Virus record (IMG/VR): IMGVR_UViG_3300043598_000012
Coordinates: 1-64,000 of that record
Direction: 5' to 3' (one strand)
Length of the DNA stretch: 64,000 bases
Source: a virus
A program made the translations under genes and the position numbers. The notes beneath the pieces were generated by a model, which saw only the letters and a list, made by a program, of their open reading frames with translations, did no database searches and was not told the DNA's origin. Each line of letters begins with the position of its first letter. Within the stretch, counting starts at the first letter, position 1. Below, piece by piece: positions 19,185 through 29,050 of the stretch.

Positions 19185-19640
19185 ATGACCCCCACTGCAA
19201 CCCCCATCTCTGTCGACGACCAATGGGCAGCCGCCCAGCGGGAGTTCGGTAAGAAGGTGAAGACCTTCGCCCGCAATAGTGCCTATGCCGTACCCGGCTA
19301 CGACGAGGTGGACATGGAGCAAGAGCTCCTCGTCGTGCTGTGGGAATGCGTGGTGAACTACGACCCCGGCAAGGGAGCTCGGTTCAACACCTACTTCCAG
19401 ACCTCCGCCAAGAACCGTATCGTGAGCCTGATCCGGCGGTTCCAGGCTCTGAGCCGCACGGCTGAAGTAGCATCTCTAGACGTAGAGGCTGTGTCGCTAG
19501 CGGTGGACGAGGTGTTCGCCAAGGGCTACTCCGCTGAGGACACCGCGCTGTTGCGCATGGAAGTGCGTGAGGCAGTAGCCACCCACGGAGAGGCATCCCT
19601 TGAGGGACGACGAGGACGGAAGCCGAAGCGGGTCGCCTAG
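19185..19640 (+). CDS. sigma-70 family factor, region 2 only
   Basis: DMEQE....LWE....YDP.KG.RFNTY......NRI; no region-4 HTH in 151 aa. Confidence 0.75.
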   Translation: MTPTATPISVDDQWAAAQREFGKKVKTFARNSAYAVPGYDEVDMEQELLVVLWECVVNYDPGKGARFNTYFQTSAKNRIVSLIRRFQALSRTAEVASLDVEAVSLAVDEVFAKGYSAEDTALLRMEVREAVATHGEASLEGRRGRKPKRVA

Positions 19641-19862
19641 CTCTAGGCAGGTAGACCACCTGGCCAACCCTCGTGCCGCTAGGTTCCTCGACTCGCTGGC
19701 TGCCCACCCGTTCCTCTGCATCGTCGTAGAGGGCGATAGGGTCAAGCTCTACGAGAAGGACATGGCGCCGGAGGCTCTAGAGGACCTCCTCACGGCTCTG
19801 GAGCGTACCATACCAGAGCGAGCTGCTGACCTAGGCAGCGAAATGCCCGGAGGAGGCAGTTA

Positions 19863-20636
19863 GTGGGTCTCACTGCTAAGACGTTTAAGGGACTTGACAA
19901 GAAGCGCATGAAGAAGCGGTCAGGTGGTGGCGGGGACCGCGTCAAGGTGGAGGACGACAAGCCCAATACCGTGCAGTTCTACGTCGCTCCTGACGAGTTC
20001 GAGGAGTTCGAGCAGCACGGGTGGCAGAGCGGCGGCAACTGGAATTTCGTCCCCTGCGCAGGCGAGGGTTGCCCGCTGTGCACCAATGAGGATGAGAAGA
20101 TCCGTAAAACGAGCTACCGCTTCTGTGCGCCGGTCTTCGACCACAAGCAGAAGAAGAGTCTCATCCTCGAAGGTCCGCAGACGATGGCGAGCATCATCTT
20201 CCGGCGCTACGAGGCTTGCGAGCGTCGGCGGGCGGGCTCGTTCCTCCGCAAGGTTTGGGATGTCACTCGGTTCAGCGGGACTCCCACTACCTTCGATTGC
20301 GAGGAGAGCGAGAGCACGGCCAAGAACCCCAACGGGTTGCCGGAGCGGCTCGACCCCGCCAAGTACATCCAGGCTCAGATGGACCGCTACTACGAGAACG
20401 CCTCGGCGGACGTGTCAGCCCTGGATGATAACTTCGATGGCGACAGCTTCGAGGAAGACGAGGATTGGCTGGACCTCGACGAGGAAGGTGAAGAGGCCTG
20501 GGACAAGGAGTCCCTCCTGGCCCTGAAGCCGTCTGAGCTCAAGGACGCCGCCGCCGAGTTCAACATCAAGGTGCGCGAGGTCACTCGGGAGAACCGACCC
20601 AAGCTCATCGCAGCCATCCTGCGCAAGCAGGGCTAG
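19863..20636 (+). CDS. gp32-like single-stranded DNA-binding protein with C-terminal Rho-N-like domain
   Basis: H...C.G..CP.C zinc site; acidic tract; position in replication block. Confidence 0.7.
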   Translation: MGLTAKTFKGLDKKRMKKRSGGGGDRVKVEDDKPNTVQFYVAPDEFEEFEQHGWQSGGNWNFVPCAGEGCPLCTNEDEKIRKTSYRFCAPVFDHKQKKSLILEGPQTMASIIFRRYEACERRRAGSFLRKVWDVTRFSGTPTTFDCEESESTAKNPNGLPERLDPAKYIQAQMDRYYENASADVSALDDNFDGDSFEEDEDWLDLDEEGEEAWDKESLLALKPSELKDAAAEFNIKVREVTRENRPKLIAAILRKQG

Positions 20637-20676
20637 TCCAACCCCAAGCAAAACCAACAACAAGGAGACCACACAC

Positions 20677-21204
20677 GTGGGAAGCAGCAAGATCAAGAAG
20701 GCACTCACGGCGCTGGAGGAGGCGCTCGGTGAAGCGGGGTTGGACTCTGTCCACGTCTCGCTCCAGATCCCGATCGGCTCCGGAGGCGTCTCGGAGGACG
20801 ACCTCGACGACGGCGAAGAGGCCGTCGACGACGAGGACTGGGAGGAGGGTGGCGAAGAGGAAGAGGGCGAAGGCGAGCCCTACACTCGCGACGAGCTTGA
20901 CGCCATGGAGACCAGCGACGTGCAGGCCATCTACAAGGAGCTCGTCGGTCCCCTGAAGCCTCGTACTCGCAAGAACACCCTCGTCACCGAGATCCTGGAG
21001 GCGCAGGAGGCTGGCGACGAGGAAGAGGGCGAGGAGGCTGGTGACGACGACTGGGACGACGAGGTCGTTGACGAGGAGGCTGAGCCCGAGGAGGAGGCCG
21101 AAGACGGCTGGGACGACGACTGGGATGACGAGCCGGAGCCCGCTCCCACCAAGCGTCCCGCCAAGAAGGCTGCTCCGGTCAAGAAGGCGGCGAAGCGCCG
21201 ATGA
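20677..21204 (+). CDS. very acidic protein with Rho-N-like domain and basic tail
   Basis: D/E-rich; ELDAM...VQAIYKEL......RKNTLVTEILEAQ; PAKKAAPVKKAAKRR. Confidence 0.65.
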   Translation: MGSSKIKKALTALEEALGEAGLDSVHVSLQIPIGSGGVSEDDLDDGEEAVDDEDWEEGGEEEEGEGEPYTRDELDAMETSDVQAIYKELVGPLKPRTRKNTLVTEILEAQEAGDEEEGEEAGDDDWDDEVVDEEAEPEEEAEDGWDDDWDDEPEPAPTKRPAKKAAPVKKAAKRR

Positions 21205-21485
21205 ACCGCACCGAGTTCATCAACGACCTCACCGAGTCCATGGATGGCCACGGTCTGAGCAAGACAGTCGTCAAGGCCACGGTGGAGGCCTTCGAGGAGC
21301 TCGTCAAGGACGAGCTCGCCGAGGGAAGCGGCAGCGTCGTGCTCAGCGGGTTCGTCAAGTTCGAGCGGAAGGAGCGTGCCGCTCGCACGGGTCGCAACCC
21401 TCAGACGGGTGCGGAGATCCAGATCCCCGCCAAGACGGTGGTCAAGGTTACCCCGCTGAAGGCGTTCAAGGACGCCGTCCTCTAG
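21201..21485 (+). CDS. hup: HU/IHF family DNA-binding protein
   Basis: MNRTEFI, GF.KF, R.ARTGRNPQTG..I.IPA. Confidence 0.95.
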   Translation: MNRTEFINDLTESMDGHGLSKTVVKATVEAFEELVKDELAEGSGSVVLSGFVKFERKERAARTGRNPQTGAEIQIPAKTVVKVTPLKAFKDAVL

Positions 21486-21505
21486 TCCGCCCACCATAGC
21501 AGCCA

Positions 21506-21543
21506 GAAGGGGAGTCGTCTCGGTGTTGGGGCGACTCCCCTTC
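21506..21543 (+). terminator. hairpin terminator after HU
   Basis: GAAGGGGAGTCG/CGACTCCCCTTC. Confidence 0.75.
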
Positions 21544-21562
21544 CTCGTCTAGGAGGTGCAGC

Positions 21563-22159
21563 ATGCGCATGAAGAAGGGGTCCCTCGTCGTTGTGGAGGG
21601 GCTCGACTCAACAGGAAAGACGACGCTCGTGGACGCTCTAGCAGAGCACGTCCACGGCATCACGGCGGTGCACTCGCCCAGCGGTGGCGGTGAATTGGGC
21701 CAGGAGATCTACGAGCTCACCGAGCGGCCCAGGCCAATGGAGGGGCTTACTCGTCAGTTCTTACATCTTGCGGCCCACGTTGAGATTTACCAGAACACAG
21801 TAATCCCTGCCCTCTCGCAGAGCGCGGTCGTGATGGACAGGAACTGGTGTTCTACTTACGCCTACGGGATCGCAGGAGGCGTGCTGAAGAGCACCCCCAT
21901 CTTCTCAGCCGATTGGTATGACACCGTGCAGTACCCTGCTCAGGGACAGGTGCCAGATCTCGTCGTGCTCTGCTTGGAGCCTCATCGAGACGACCGCCAC
22001 AACACGCCGGAGCTCGAAGCTGCGTACCTTGATCTCAAGCGGAGGCTCGACAAGGACCCCGCTCTCAAGCACGTCCGGATCATGCCCAAGCTCAGCAAGC
22101 GGGCACAGCTCATCGCTTTGATGCAGATGTGCCAGGAAGCCAACCTCACAAGGAGCTAG
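21563..22159 (+). CDS. tmk: thymidylate (dNMP) kinase
   Basis: VEGLDSTGKTT, MDR...STYAYG, PDL. Confidence 0.9.
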   Translation: MRMKKGSLVVVEGLDSTGKTTLVDALAEHVHGITAVHSPSGGGELGQEIYELTERPRPMEGLTRQFLHLAAHVEIYQNTVIPALSQSAVVMDRNWCSTYAYGIAGGVLKSTPIFSADWYDTVQYPAQGQVPDLVVLCLEPHRDDRHNTPELEAAYLDLKRRLDKDPALKHVRIMPKLSKRAQLIALMQMCQEANLTRS

Positions 22160-22161
22160 CG

Positions 22162-23268
22162 ATGCACGAGTTCGTAGGCGAGGTCAATGAGGTGTACCCC
22201 GCCATGCTGCAAGCGGTGTTCAAGTTCGGCGAGCGTGTGCCGTCGAGAGTCGCCCCCACCATCGAGCTGCACCCCCTCGTGGCCGAGTTCGAGAACCCTC
22301 GTCGGCGTCTCGTCACCTCGTACGGCAGGGCAGTCAACGTGCCGTTCATGCTGGCTGAGGTGGTGCACATCCTCAACGGGCGAGAAGACCTCGCCTTCCT
22401 CGACCAGTTCAACAGCCAGGTCAAGGAGTACAGCGACGACGGTGTGCGCTTCAATGCTGCCTACGGACACCGGCTCCGTCACGCACACGGCTACGACCAG
22501 GTCAGGGATGTCATCAAGCTCCTCAAGCGGGACCGGGGTACCCGTCAGGCGACGCTCACGATCTGGCACCCAGACGACCGCCATCACGAGCTTGTGCACG
22601 TCGAGTCGCACAACGGCGGTGTCGGTGATGGATGGAGCAAGGAAGAACCTCGCCAGGTCAAGGACCGGGCCTGCAACCTGCTCGCCCACCTGATGATCCG
22701 GGATGGTGTGCTCAACTGGATGCAGGTCATGCGGAGCAATGACGCCATCTGGGGGCTCCCCTACAACCTCATGCAATGGACCTACCTCATGGAGTACATC
22801 GCCAACGAGGTGGGCGTGGAGCTCGGCGTCTACCGGCATATCGCCGACAGTTTCCACATCTACGACTACCACGAGGACGAGGCAAGCAAGGTCGCGCCCT
22901 TCGACCTCTACGAGCATCAGGGCCTGCGCTCTCGTTCGCATGCTCCGATGATCGCTGACGAATCTGCGTTGGAAGCAGCGGTCGAGCTCGCCAACCATGG
23001 TTGGAGCAGCGTTCATCACCCCGGCAACGTTCCTCAGTGGGTGATCGACTTTGGCCAGATCTGGTCAAGCTGGCGCTCCTATAAGGAGCTCGACGATGCC
23101 GGAGCCCAGCATCAACTGACACGCGCCAACGATCAGATCTTCGCAGCGGCGACTTATCGCTTCTACTGGTCCAACCGCTGGCACAAGCAGGACCCCGGTC
23201 ATCCGCGCCCAGACACCGTCAGAGCCGCATGGGGTTCGACCATCGGTGACTGGATCATGGCGTCATGA
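22162..23268 (+). CDS. thymidylate-synthase homologue, probable dUMP hydroxymethylase
   Basis: YSDDG...AYG.R, DQ, TRQA, catalytic C in DRACN, MRSND..WGLPYN, SFHIY. Confidence 0.85.
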   Translation: MHEFVGEVNEVYPAMLQAVFKFGERVPSRVAPTIELHPLVAEFENPRRRLVTSYGRAVNVPFMLAEVVHILNGREDLAFLDQFNSQVKEYSDDGVRFNAAYGHRLRHAHGYDQVRDVIKLLKRDRGTRQATLTIWHPDDRHHELVHVESHNGGVGDGWSKEEPRQVKDRACNLLAHLMIRDGVLNWMQVMRSNDAIWGLPYNLMQWTYLMEYIANEVGVELGVYRHIADSFHIYDYHEDEASKVAPFDLYEHQGLRSRSHAPMIADESALEAAVELANHGWSSVHHPGNVPQWVIDFGQIWSSWRSYKELDDAGAQHQLTRANDQIFAAATYRFYWSNRWHKQDPGHPRPDTVRAAWGSTIGDWIMAS

Positions 23269-23435
23269 CCACACTGCTTCAGATGCCTGTCGAGAAGTAC
23301 ATGGACGAGCGGGCGTTCGAGTTCGAGCAACTCGCCGCTCACGCCAAGACCAACCCGCTCGACCTACGGGTGGCGCTCTCCAACGTCTTCGTCTCTATGG
23401 CCCGCCAGGGTCACATGCGTACCCTCAAGAGGTGA
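23265..23435 (+). CDS. small hypothetical protein (56 aa)
   Basis: Hand-translated; ATGA coupling. Confidence 0.5.
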   Translation: MTTLLQMPVEKYMDERAFEFEQLAAHAKTNPLDLRVALSNVFVSMARQGHMRTLKR

Positions 23436-23469
23436 CTCGCCTAGTACACTAGAGGCTACAATGGTCCGT

Positions 23470-24009
23470 ATGGACCACGTCTCGATCTACGCCCTTTGCG
23501 ACCCTGGCGGAGAGATCCGTTATGTAGGAAAGACGATGCAGCCGGTGAGCAACCGACTATCCATGCACGTCGCTGAAGCCAAGAACCCTCGATACCAGTG
23601 TCACAGACTCAACTGGATTCGATCTCTGTTGGATCAGGGAGCTCGCCCGGAAGCTGTGCTGCTGATGAAGGTGCCTGTCGCAGAGTGGGAGCTCTGGGAG
23701 TGCACCTAGATTGCTGTGTTGCGGGAGGCAGGCTACCGCCTGGTTAACAACACAGACGGTGGGGACGGGCGTGTAGGCCCATTGAGCGAAGAGACGCGCC
23801 GCAAGATCGGCGAGGCCCATCGGGGGAAGCCGGTCAACCAGCCTGGCGTACCTTTGAAGGTGACGCACCGAGCGGCCATCAGCCGGTCGCTGGCAGGGAA
23901 CCAACGAGGCAAAGGGAACCGTGGCAAGAAGCTCAGTGAAGAGCACAAGCGGAAGATCGGCGAGGCGCGACGCCGAGCCTACGAGCGCCAGAGGGCAGAA
24001 GCCAGGTGA
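23470..24009 (+). pseudogene. GIY-YIG/NUMOD3 homing endonuclease with in-frame amber stop
   Basis: IYAL.DP...IRYVGKT...RL..H; TAG at 23707-23709; frame continues as LVNNTDGGDG and two SEE..RKIGEA repeats. Confidence 0.8.
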
Positions 24010-27000
24010 TGCAGCGAAGGCGAAGGGCTCCAGGCTCGTTCACCTTCATTAGCTACGTGCACACCGATTATTCGTCACTAGACGGACTCGGTACCGTGCC
24101 TGAGTACGTCGAGAGGGCCAAGGCGGACGGCCAGGAGGCCCTGGCGATCACGGACCACGGCAACCTCTGTGGGCTCCCGGAGTTCTACAAGGAGTGCCGC
24201 AAGGCGGACATTGAACCAATCCTTGGTGAGGAGTTCTACTTCACCATCGACGCTGAACGCCACCGGCTAGAGACCAAGGGCAAGTCCACCAAGCACGAGG
24301 AAATGGCGGAGGCCGAGAGCGAGGGCCTGGGCCGCTACCACGTCGTGATCCTCGCCCGTGGGCAGCGAGGCTACGAGACGCTCTGCGAGCTCTCGACAGC
24401 CACGCACCACAACTTCTACGGCAAGCCGCTCCTCGACCGCAACATCGTCAACGAGCTCTCCGACAAGGACCGGGACAGCCTCGTGTGCCTCTCGGGCTGT
24501 GCGACCTCTGTGATCTCGAGAGCGGTGCTAGCAGGCGACATGCAAGGTGCTGCCCGACACCTCATCTGGTGGCGTGAGATGTTCCCGCACTTCTACATCG
24601 AGCTTCAGCACCACGACACCGACTTCGATCGAGAGATCAACCGAGGGCTCTTGCGGCTCGCCAAGCGGTACGAGGTGCCCATCGTCGTCACCAACGACCC
24701 GCACTACGCCGTGCCAGAGGACCATGAGCATCATGACGCGCTGCTTGCCATCCAGACGGCCAGCGACATCGACGACCCCGAACGTTTCGCCTTCTCCGGC
24801 TCCGGCTACCACCTCCGTACCGAGCGGGAGATGCGGGAGGCCTTCTCTCGCTATGGGTCTGAGGTCTGGAAGCCAGGCATCCTCAACACGCAGGTGGTGG
24901 CTAAGCTTTGCCACACCAGGATCAAGGACTGGGAGAGCAAGACCTGGCACATCCCCAAGTTCCCTGACGTTGAAGACAGCCAAGCCTTCCTCCAGAAGTT
25001 GACCATCAAGGGGCTCAAGGAGCTGGGTCGGTTCAGCGACAGAGAGTACGTCAAGCGCGCCAAGTACGAGCTGGGCGTCTTCGAGGAGGTGGGCATAGCC
25101 GACTTCCTACTCATCACCTGGGACATCATCGAGGAGGCCAGGCGGCTTGGCATCGGTGTAGGTCCTGGGCGAGGCTCCGTGTGTGGAACCCTCGTTGGCC
25201 AGACCATCCGTCTCCACAAGATCGATCCGATCAAGTACGAGCTGCGGTTCGACCGCTTCTTGAACCCCGCTCGCCCAAAGATGCCCGACATCGACACCGA
25301 CTTCAGCCAGGAGCGGCGGGAGGAGCTCTTCCCCTACATCATCAGGAAGTACGGCGCCGAGAACGTGGTGACTGTCTGCGCCTACCAGACGCTGAGGCTC
25401 AAGAGCGCCTTCCAGTCCATGGCCCGAGCCTACGGCATCGAGTGGAACGAGCGGCAGAAGCTGACTAAGCTCCTCGCCAACGACGACGAGAACAGCATCG
25501 ACCTCCTGCCCGACGAGCTCCGTGAGGCACACCCCGAACTGGCTTCACGCATGCTTCGGCTCTCGGGCACCAAGAAGGGTGTCAGCCAGCACCCAGCCGG
25601 AGTGATCATTGCTGACCCCAAGGATCGTATTGCCAAGATGGTCCCAGAGATGTGGATCGCCTCCAGCAAGCGGATGGTTGGCCAGTACGATCTCTTGGCA
25701 GCAGAGGCAATGCACCTGCTCAAGCAGGACCTACTTGGGCTCCGCACGATCGACACCATCGAGCACAGCGTCGATCTCATCGAGCAGAGCACAGGTGAGG
25801 TGCTAGATCCTGACTCGTGGGTGCCAGACGACGAGCCAGGTGACGACAAGGTCTGGGAGATGCTGGCGGAGGGTCGCACAGGTGGCGTGTTCCAGATGGA
25901 GGGACCGGCCAACCAGCAGGGTTGTCGAGAGGTGCAGCCCAATTGCTTTGAAGACGTGGTGAGCATCACCGCGCTCTACCGCACCGGCGCCATGTCGGCG
26001 GGCTTTCCCAAGGTGTTCAATGAGAACCGCCGTAAAGGCACCATCGACTTCATCCACCCTGACCTAGAGCCTATCCTGGGCCACACCTCTGGCGTGGTGC
26101 TCTACCAGGAGCAGGTCATGGACATGGGGGAGTTCCTCGCTGGGTTCGACATGGTACAGGTAGACGATATCAAGGACGCCATCAAGAAGAAGGATCCCAA
26201 GGTCTTCGCCATCATCTCTCCCCTGTTCATCAGGGGTTGCATGGAGCACAGCGGGATGAGTGAGTCGGTAGCCAAGGAGATCTGGCGTTACATCGAGGGC
26301 TATGCGGGGTATGGCTACAACCGGTCGCATGCCGTGGCCTACACCATGCTGACCTACCAGACAGCTCGACTCAAGGCTCTTTACCCCCTAGAGTTCCTCA
26401 CAGCTCTGCTCCGCACGGTCAAGGGCTCCTCCAAGGAGGCCAAGGCCAAGCGAGAGGGCTACATGAGGGAGCTCATGGAGTACGGCTACACGATGCTGAC
26501 TCCTTGCATCAACCGCTCTGACGAGCTCGCCACACCAGACGTCGAGCACGAGGGTGTCAGGTTTGGACTCTCAGACATCGCTGGCGTAGGTCACAAGGCC
26601 GCCAGCAAGATCGTTGATGGGCGCCCCGAGGGAGGCTACACGTCGGTCAAGACGCTGATGGCGGTGGCCAACAACACCGGCACCATGGACCACCTGCACG
26701 ACGCCTGTGCCCTGGAGGTGCTCGGGGCTCCAGGAGACCTTAACGTAGCAGAAGAGAAGCTCAACTGGCAGTTCGTCGACCGCATGGCAACTTACCGAGA
26801 GAAGTACGCGCTCAAGGTGCGGTTGCCCGTCGAGAACAAGAACGACAAGTGCCTGATCATCGGGGAGATCCGCAAGATCACTCGGGGCACTACCAAGGGC
26901 AACAAGCCATACGTCACCTGGCACCTTCAGTGGGACATCACGCACACGTACGATATCCGTCTGTGGAGCGGGACCGACTCGCTCTGGAAGCTCAACGAGG

Positions 27001-27095
27001 GATCCGTGGTGGCTGTGCAGGGTGAGTGGGAACCGACATGGCATAACCTGAGCGTTGGTCGGTCCAAGCAGGTCAAGATCATCAAGGCCATTTGA
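24006..27095 (+). CDS. dnaE: DNA polymerase III alpha subunit
   Basis: PHP HTDYS.LDG, TDHG, NDPHY; GPGRGS; PDIDTDF; HPAG; YQEQ; YNRSHA; C-terminal OB fold. Confidence 0.97.
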   Translation: MMQRRRRAPGSFTFISYVHTDYSSLDGLGTVPEYVERAKADGQEALAITDHGNLCGLPEFYKECRKADIEPILGEEFYFTIDAERHRLETKGKSTKHEEMAEAESEGLGRYHVVILARGQRGYETLCELSTATHHNFYGKPLLDRNIVNELSDKDRDSLVCLSGCATSVISRAVLAGDMQGAARHLIWWREMFPHFYIELQHHDTDFDREINRGLLRLAKRYEVPIVVTNDPHYAVPEDHEHHDALLAIQTASDIDDPERFAFSGSGYHLRTEREMREAFSRYGSEVWKPGILNTQVVAKLCHTRIKDWESKTWHIPKFPDVEDSQAFLQKLTIKGLKELGRFSDREYVKRAKYELGVFEEVGIADFLLITWDIIEEARRLGIGVGPGRGSVCGTLVGQTIRLHKIDPIKYELRFDRFLNPARPKMPDIDTDFSQERREELFPYIIRKYGAENVVTVCAYQTLRLKSAFQSMARAYGIEWNERQKLTKLLANDDENSIDLLPDELREAHPELASRMLRLSGTKKGVSQHPAGVIIADPKDRIAKMVPEMWIASSKRMVGQYDLLAAEAMHLLKQDLLGLRTIDTIEHSVDLIEQSTGEVLDPDSWVPDDEPGDDKVWEMLAEGRTGGVFQMEGPANQQGCREVQPNCFEDVVSITALYRTGAMSAGFPKVFNENRRKGTIDFIHPDLEPILGHTSGVVLYQEQVMDMGEFLAGFDMVQVDDIKDAIKKKDPKVFAIISPLFIRGCMEHSGMSESVAKEIWRYIEGYAGYGYNRSHAVAYTMLTYQTARLKALYPLEFLTALLRTVKGSSKEAKAKREGYMRELMEYGYTMLTPCINRSDELATPDVEHEGVRFGLSDIAGVGHKAASKIVDGRPEGGYTSVKTLMAVANNTGTMDHLHDACALEVLGAPGDLNVAEEKLNWQFVDRMATYREKYALKVRLPVENKNDKCLIIGEIRKITRGTTKGNKPYVTWHLQWDITHTYDIRLWSGTDSLWKLNEGSVVAVQGEWEPTWHNLSVGRSKQVKIIKAI

Positions 27096-27463
27096 TGGCA
27101 AGGTGCCTTTACACTTACCCCTCTCAGGATCGATGCATGTTCACCGGCTGCGGGGAAGGTGAGGATTTCTGCCCTGCCCACAGGATTATTATCAGAGAGC
27201 AGCGCAGCGAGCAGAAGCGGCTAGAGCGTAAGCGTCAGGAAACGGTTGAGAGGCGTCGCAACAAGAAGCCGGAGGTACCGATGGCAGTCGAGCGGCGCCC
27301 ACCTGTGATCGGTCCTCCTGGAGACCCCACTGCACCCTACTGCACCTGCAAGGGCAGAACAGCAGACCACGAGCCGTGCACCAACTGCGGAAAGCCGCAC
27401 TTCATGGACTGGCGAGAGAGCAAGCTCAAGAAGAAGGAGACCGCTAGTGGCAACCAAGGATAA
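27095..27463 (+). CDS. Cys-rich hypothetical protein
   Basis: C..C...C..H and CTC...CTNC. Confidence 0.55.
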   Translation: MARCLYTYPSQDRCMFTGCGEGEDFCPAHRIIIREQRSEQKRLERKRQETVERRRNKKPEVPMAVERRPPVIGPPGDPTAPYCTCKGRTADHEPCTNCGKPHFMDWRESKLKKKETASGNQG

Positions 27464-28481
27464 GGAAGTCACACTGCTGGAGCTGGAAGCGGCACTCCAG
27501 AAGAGGTTCGGCAGGGGTGTTATCCGTCGGGCTAGCGATCCATCTCTCGAGATCACGCGCATCCCTACGGGCGTCCTGAGCGTCGACTACCTGCTTGGTG
27601 GAGGCATCGCTCGCAACCGTCACACGGAGCTCTACGGGCAGTACAGCGTGGGCAAGAGCCTTCTGGCCCAGCGGACCATCGCTTCGGCTCAAGCGAACGG
27701 CCTGAGGTGCGCCTACGTAGACGTCGAGGGCTCCTTCGACCCTGTCTTCGCCGAGCACCTTGGGGTGGACCTCGAAGAGCTCTTCATCCCCGACGAGCTG
27801 GAGCATGGGAACGCCATCGTCGACTACATCGAGTTCCTCCTGCGCAGCGAGCTCTACGACACCATCACCATCGACTCCATCGCTGCTCTCCTACCCAAGG
27901 AAGAGCGCGAGGCCAGCTCGGAGAAGAGTACCTACGGAGCGAGTCAGGCGAAGCTCATGAGCTCGGGGTTGCGCAAGCTGACCACAGCCAACAAGAAGAC
28001 GGCTCTGGTGTGGATCAACCAGATGCGGGACTCTATGAGCATGTTCGTCCCCAACACCACCTCCGGGGGTCGAGCGATGGGCTTCTACGCCGGTGCTCGC
28101 ATCGAGATGAACCGTGTCGAGATCATCAAGCAGAGCCGCAAGCGTCGCAACGTCAAGACCGGCAAGGTGGACACGGTAGATGTGCCGGTGGGGCATCGTG
28201 TGCTGCTCAAGGTTGATAAGGACAAGACCGGCGGGGCTCGGCAGTTCGCCCAGGGCACCTTCGTGTTCAACTACGAGGACAGCTGCATCGACGAGATCGA
28301 GGAGCTCATCTACGTCGGCTCCGAGCTCGGCCTTGTGATGAACAAGGGCAACATGTACGCTGTCAAGAGGTTTGCTGACGAGCGTCAGAACGGTCGACCT
28401 CGTTTCAAGGCTTGGCTTCTCAAGCAGAAGGCTGTCCAGGAAGAGCTCCAGGAGCTGTGCGAGGAGCAGGTCTATGCGTAG
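27447..28481 (+). CDS. recA: RecA-family recombinase
   Basis: IPTG...D..LGGG, GQYSVGKS, IDSIAAL.P, INQMR, SGGRA..FYA. Confidence 0.95.
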   Translation: MATKDKEVTLLELEAALQKRFGRGVIRRASDPSLEITRIPTGVLSVDYLLGGGIARNRHTELYGQYSVGKSLLAQRTIASAQANGLRCAYVDVEGSFDPVFAEHLGVDLEELFIPDELEHGNAIVDYIEFLLRSELYDTITIDSIAALLPKEEREASSEKSTYGASQAKLMSSGLRKLTTANKKTALVWINQMRDSMSMFVPNTTSGGRAMGFYAGARIEMNRVEIIKQSRKRRNVKTGKVDTVDVPVGHRVLLKVDKDKTGGARQFAQGTFVFNYEDSCIDEIEELIYVGSELGLVMNKGNMYAVKRFADERQNGRPRFKAWLLKQKAVQEELQELCEEQVYA

Positions 28482-28737
28482 GCTCCGCAAGTGGTGGAGG
28501 CTTAGAAACTCAAGGCCCGTCTACGTCTCGCTGTACGGCTCTGATGGCGAGGTGGCAGGGCAGTTGGTGCCCTTCTACAGGGGATCCAATGTGGATGAGA
28601 TCATGTTCACAAACATGCCAACATGCACGATAGAGGCCGTGTATGTCAATGGTAAGGAGATCCCGATGTTCTTCCCACGCACACTGAACCGTGGCCAGTC
28701 TATCTTCTGGCGAGGCGAGGAATTTCACATTGGGTGA
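28474..28737 (+). CDS. small protein resembling the 6751 tail protein
   Basis: YVSLY, EVAG, SN...I.F.NMP.CT shared with the 6751 product. Confidence 0.55.
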   Translation: MRRLRKWWRLRNSRPVYVSLYGSDGEVAGQLVPFYRGSNVDEIMFTNMPTCTIEAVYVNGKEIPMFFPRTLNRGQSIFWRGEEFHIG

Positions 28738-29050
28738 GTTGCCTCCTTGGCTCACTGGCAAGGAGCGGCTCCGCGAGCAGAACAGATCGAGTAGGAAGCA
28801 AGAGACAGCTAGGGCAGCTGAGGTGGGCGGCAAGCGACAGCGAGGCTCCGGCTCCAAGCATCAAGCACCCAGAGACGTCAAGACAGCAACGCACCTCGAA
28901 GAACTGAAGGAGACCGATGGAAACAGGATCACCATTGACGCCAGGGACTTCGCCAAGCTCCAACGGCAAGGACGGCAGCAAGGTCGGTCCGTCCGCTTCG
29001 TCGTCGAGTTCAAGCAGCACGGACTCCGCCTCATCATCGAAGAGGGCTAG
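28730..29050 (+). CDS. PD-(D/E)XK nuclease, Holliday-junction-resolvase-like
   Basis: S.KQE...A...GG....GSG......DV......E.K.T. Confidence 0.7.
   Translation: MGELPPWLTGKERLREQNRSSRKQETARAAEVGGKRQRGSGSKHQAPRDVKTATHLEELKETDGNRITIDARDFAKLQRQGRQQGRSVRFVVEFKQHGLRLIIEEG

Noticed and set aside
7132-23709. Amber recoding, suggested by in-frame TAG-ATG junctions (7134/7135, 12594/12595) and the TAG in the GIY-YIG gene
   Set aside because: Well-defined proteins (major tail, HU, RecA, RuvC) end at TAG at their expected lengths, long genes have no internal TAG, and no suppressor tRNA is visible
23461-27095. Group I intron or intein in dnaE (also checked recA, dnaB and the SNF2 helicase)
   Set aside because: These ORFs are continuous and of normal length; the endonucleases are intergenic
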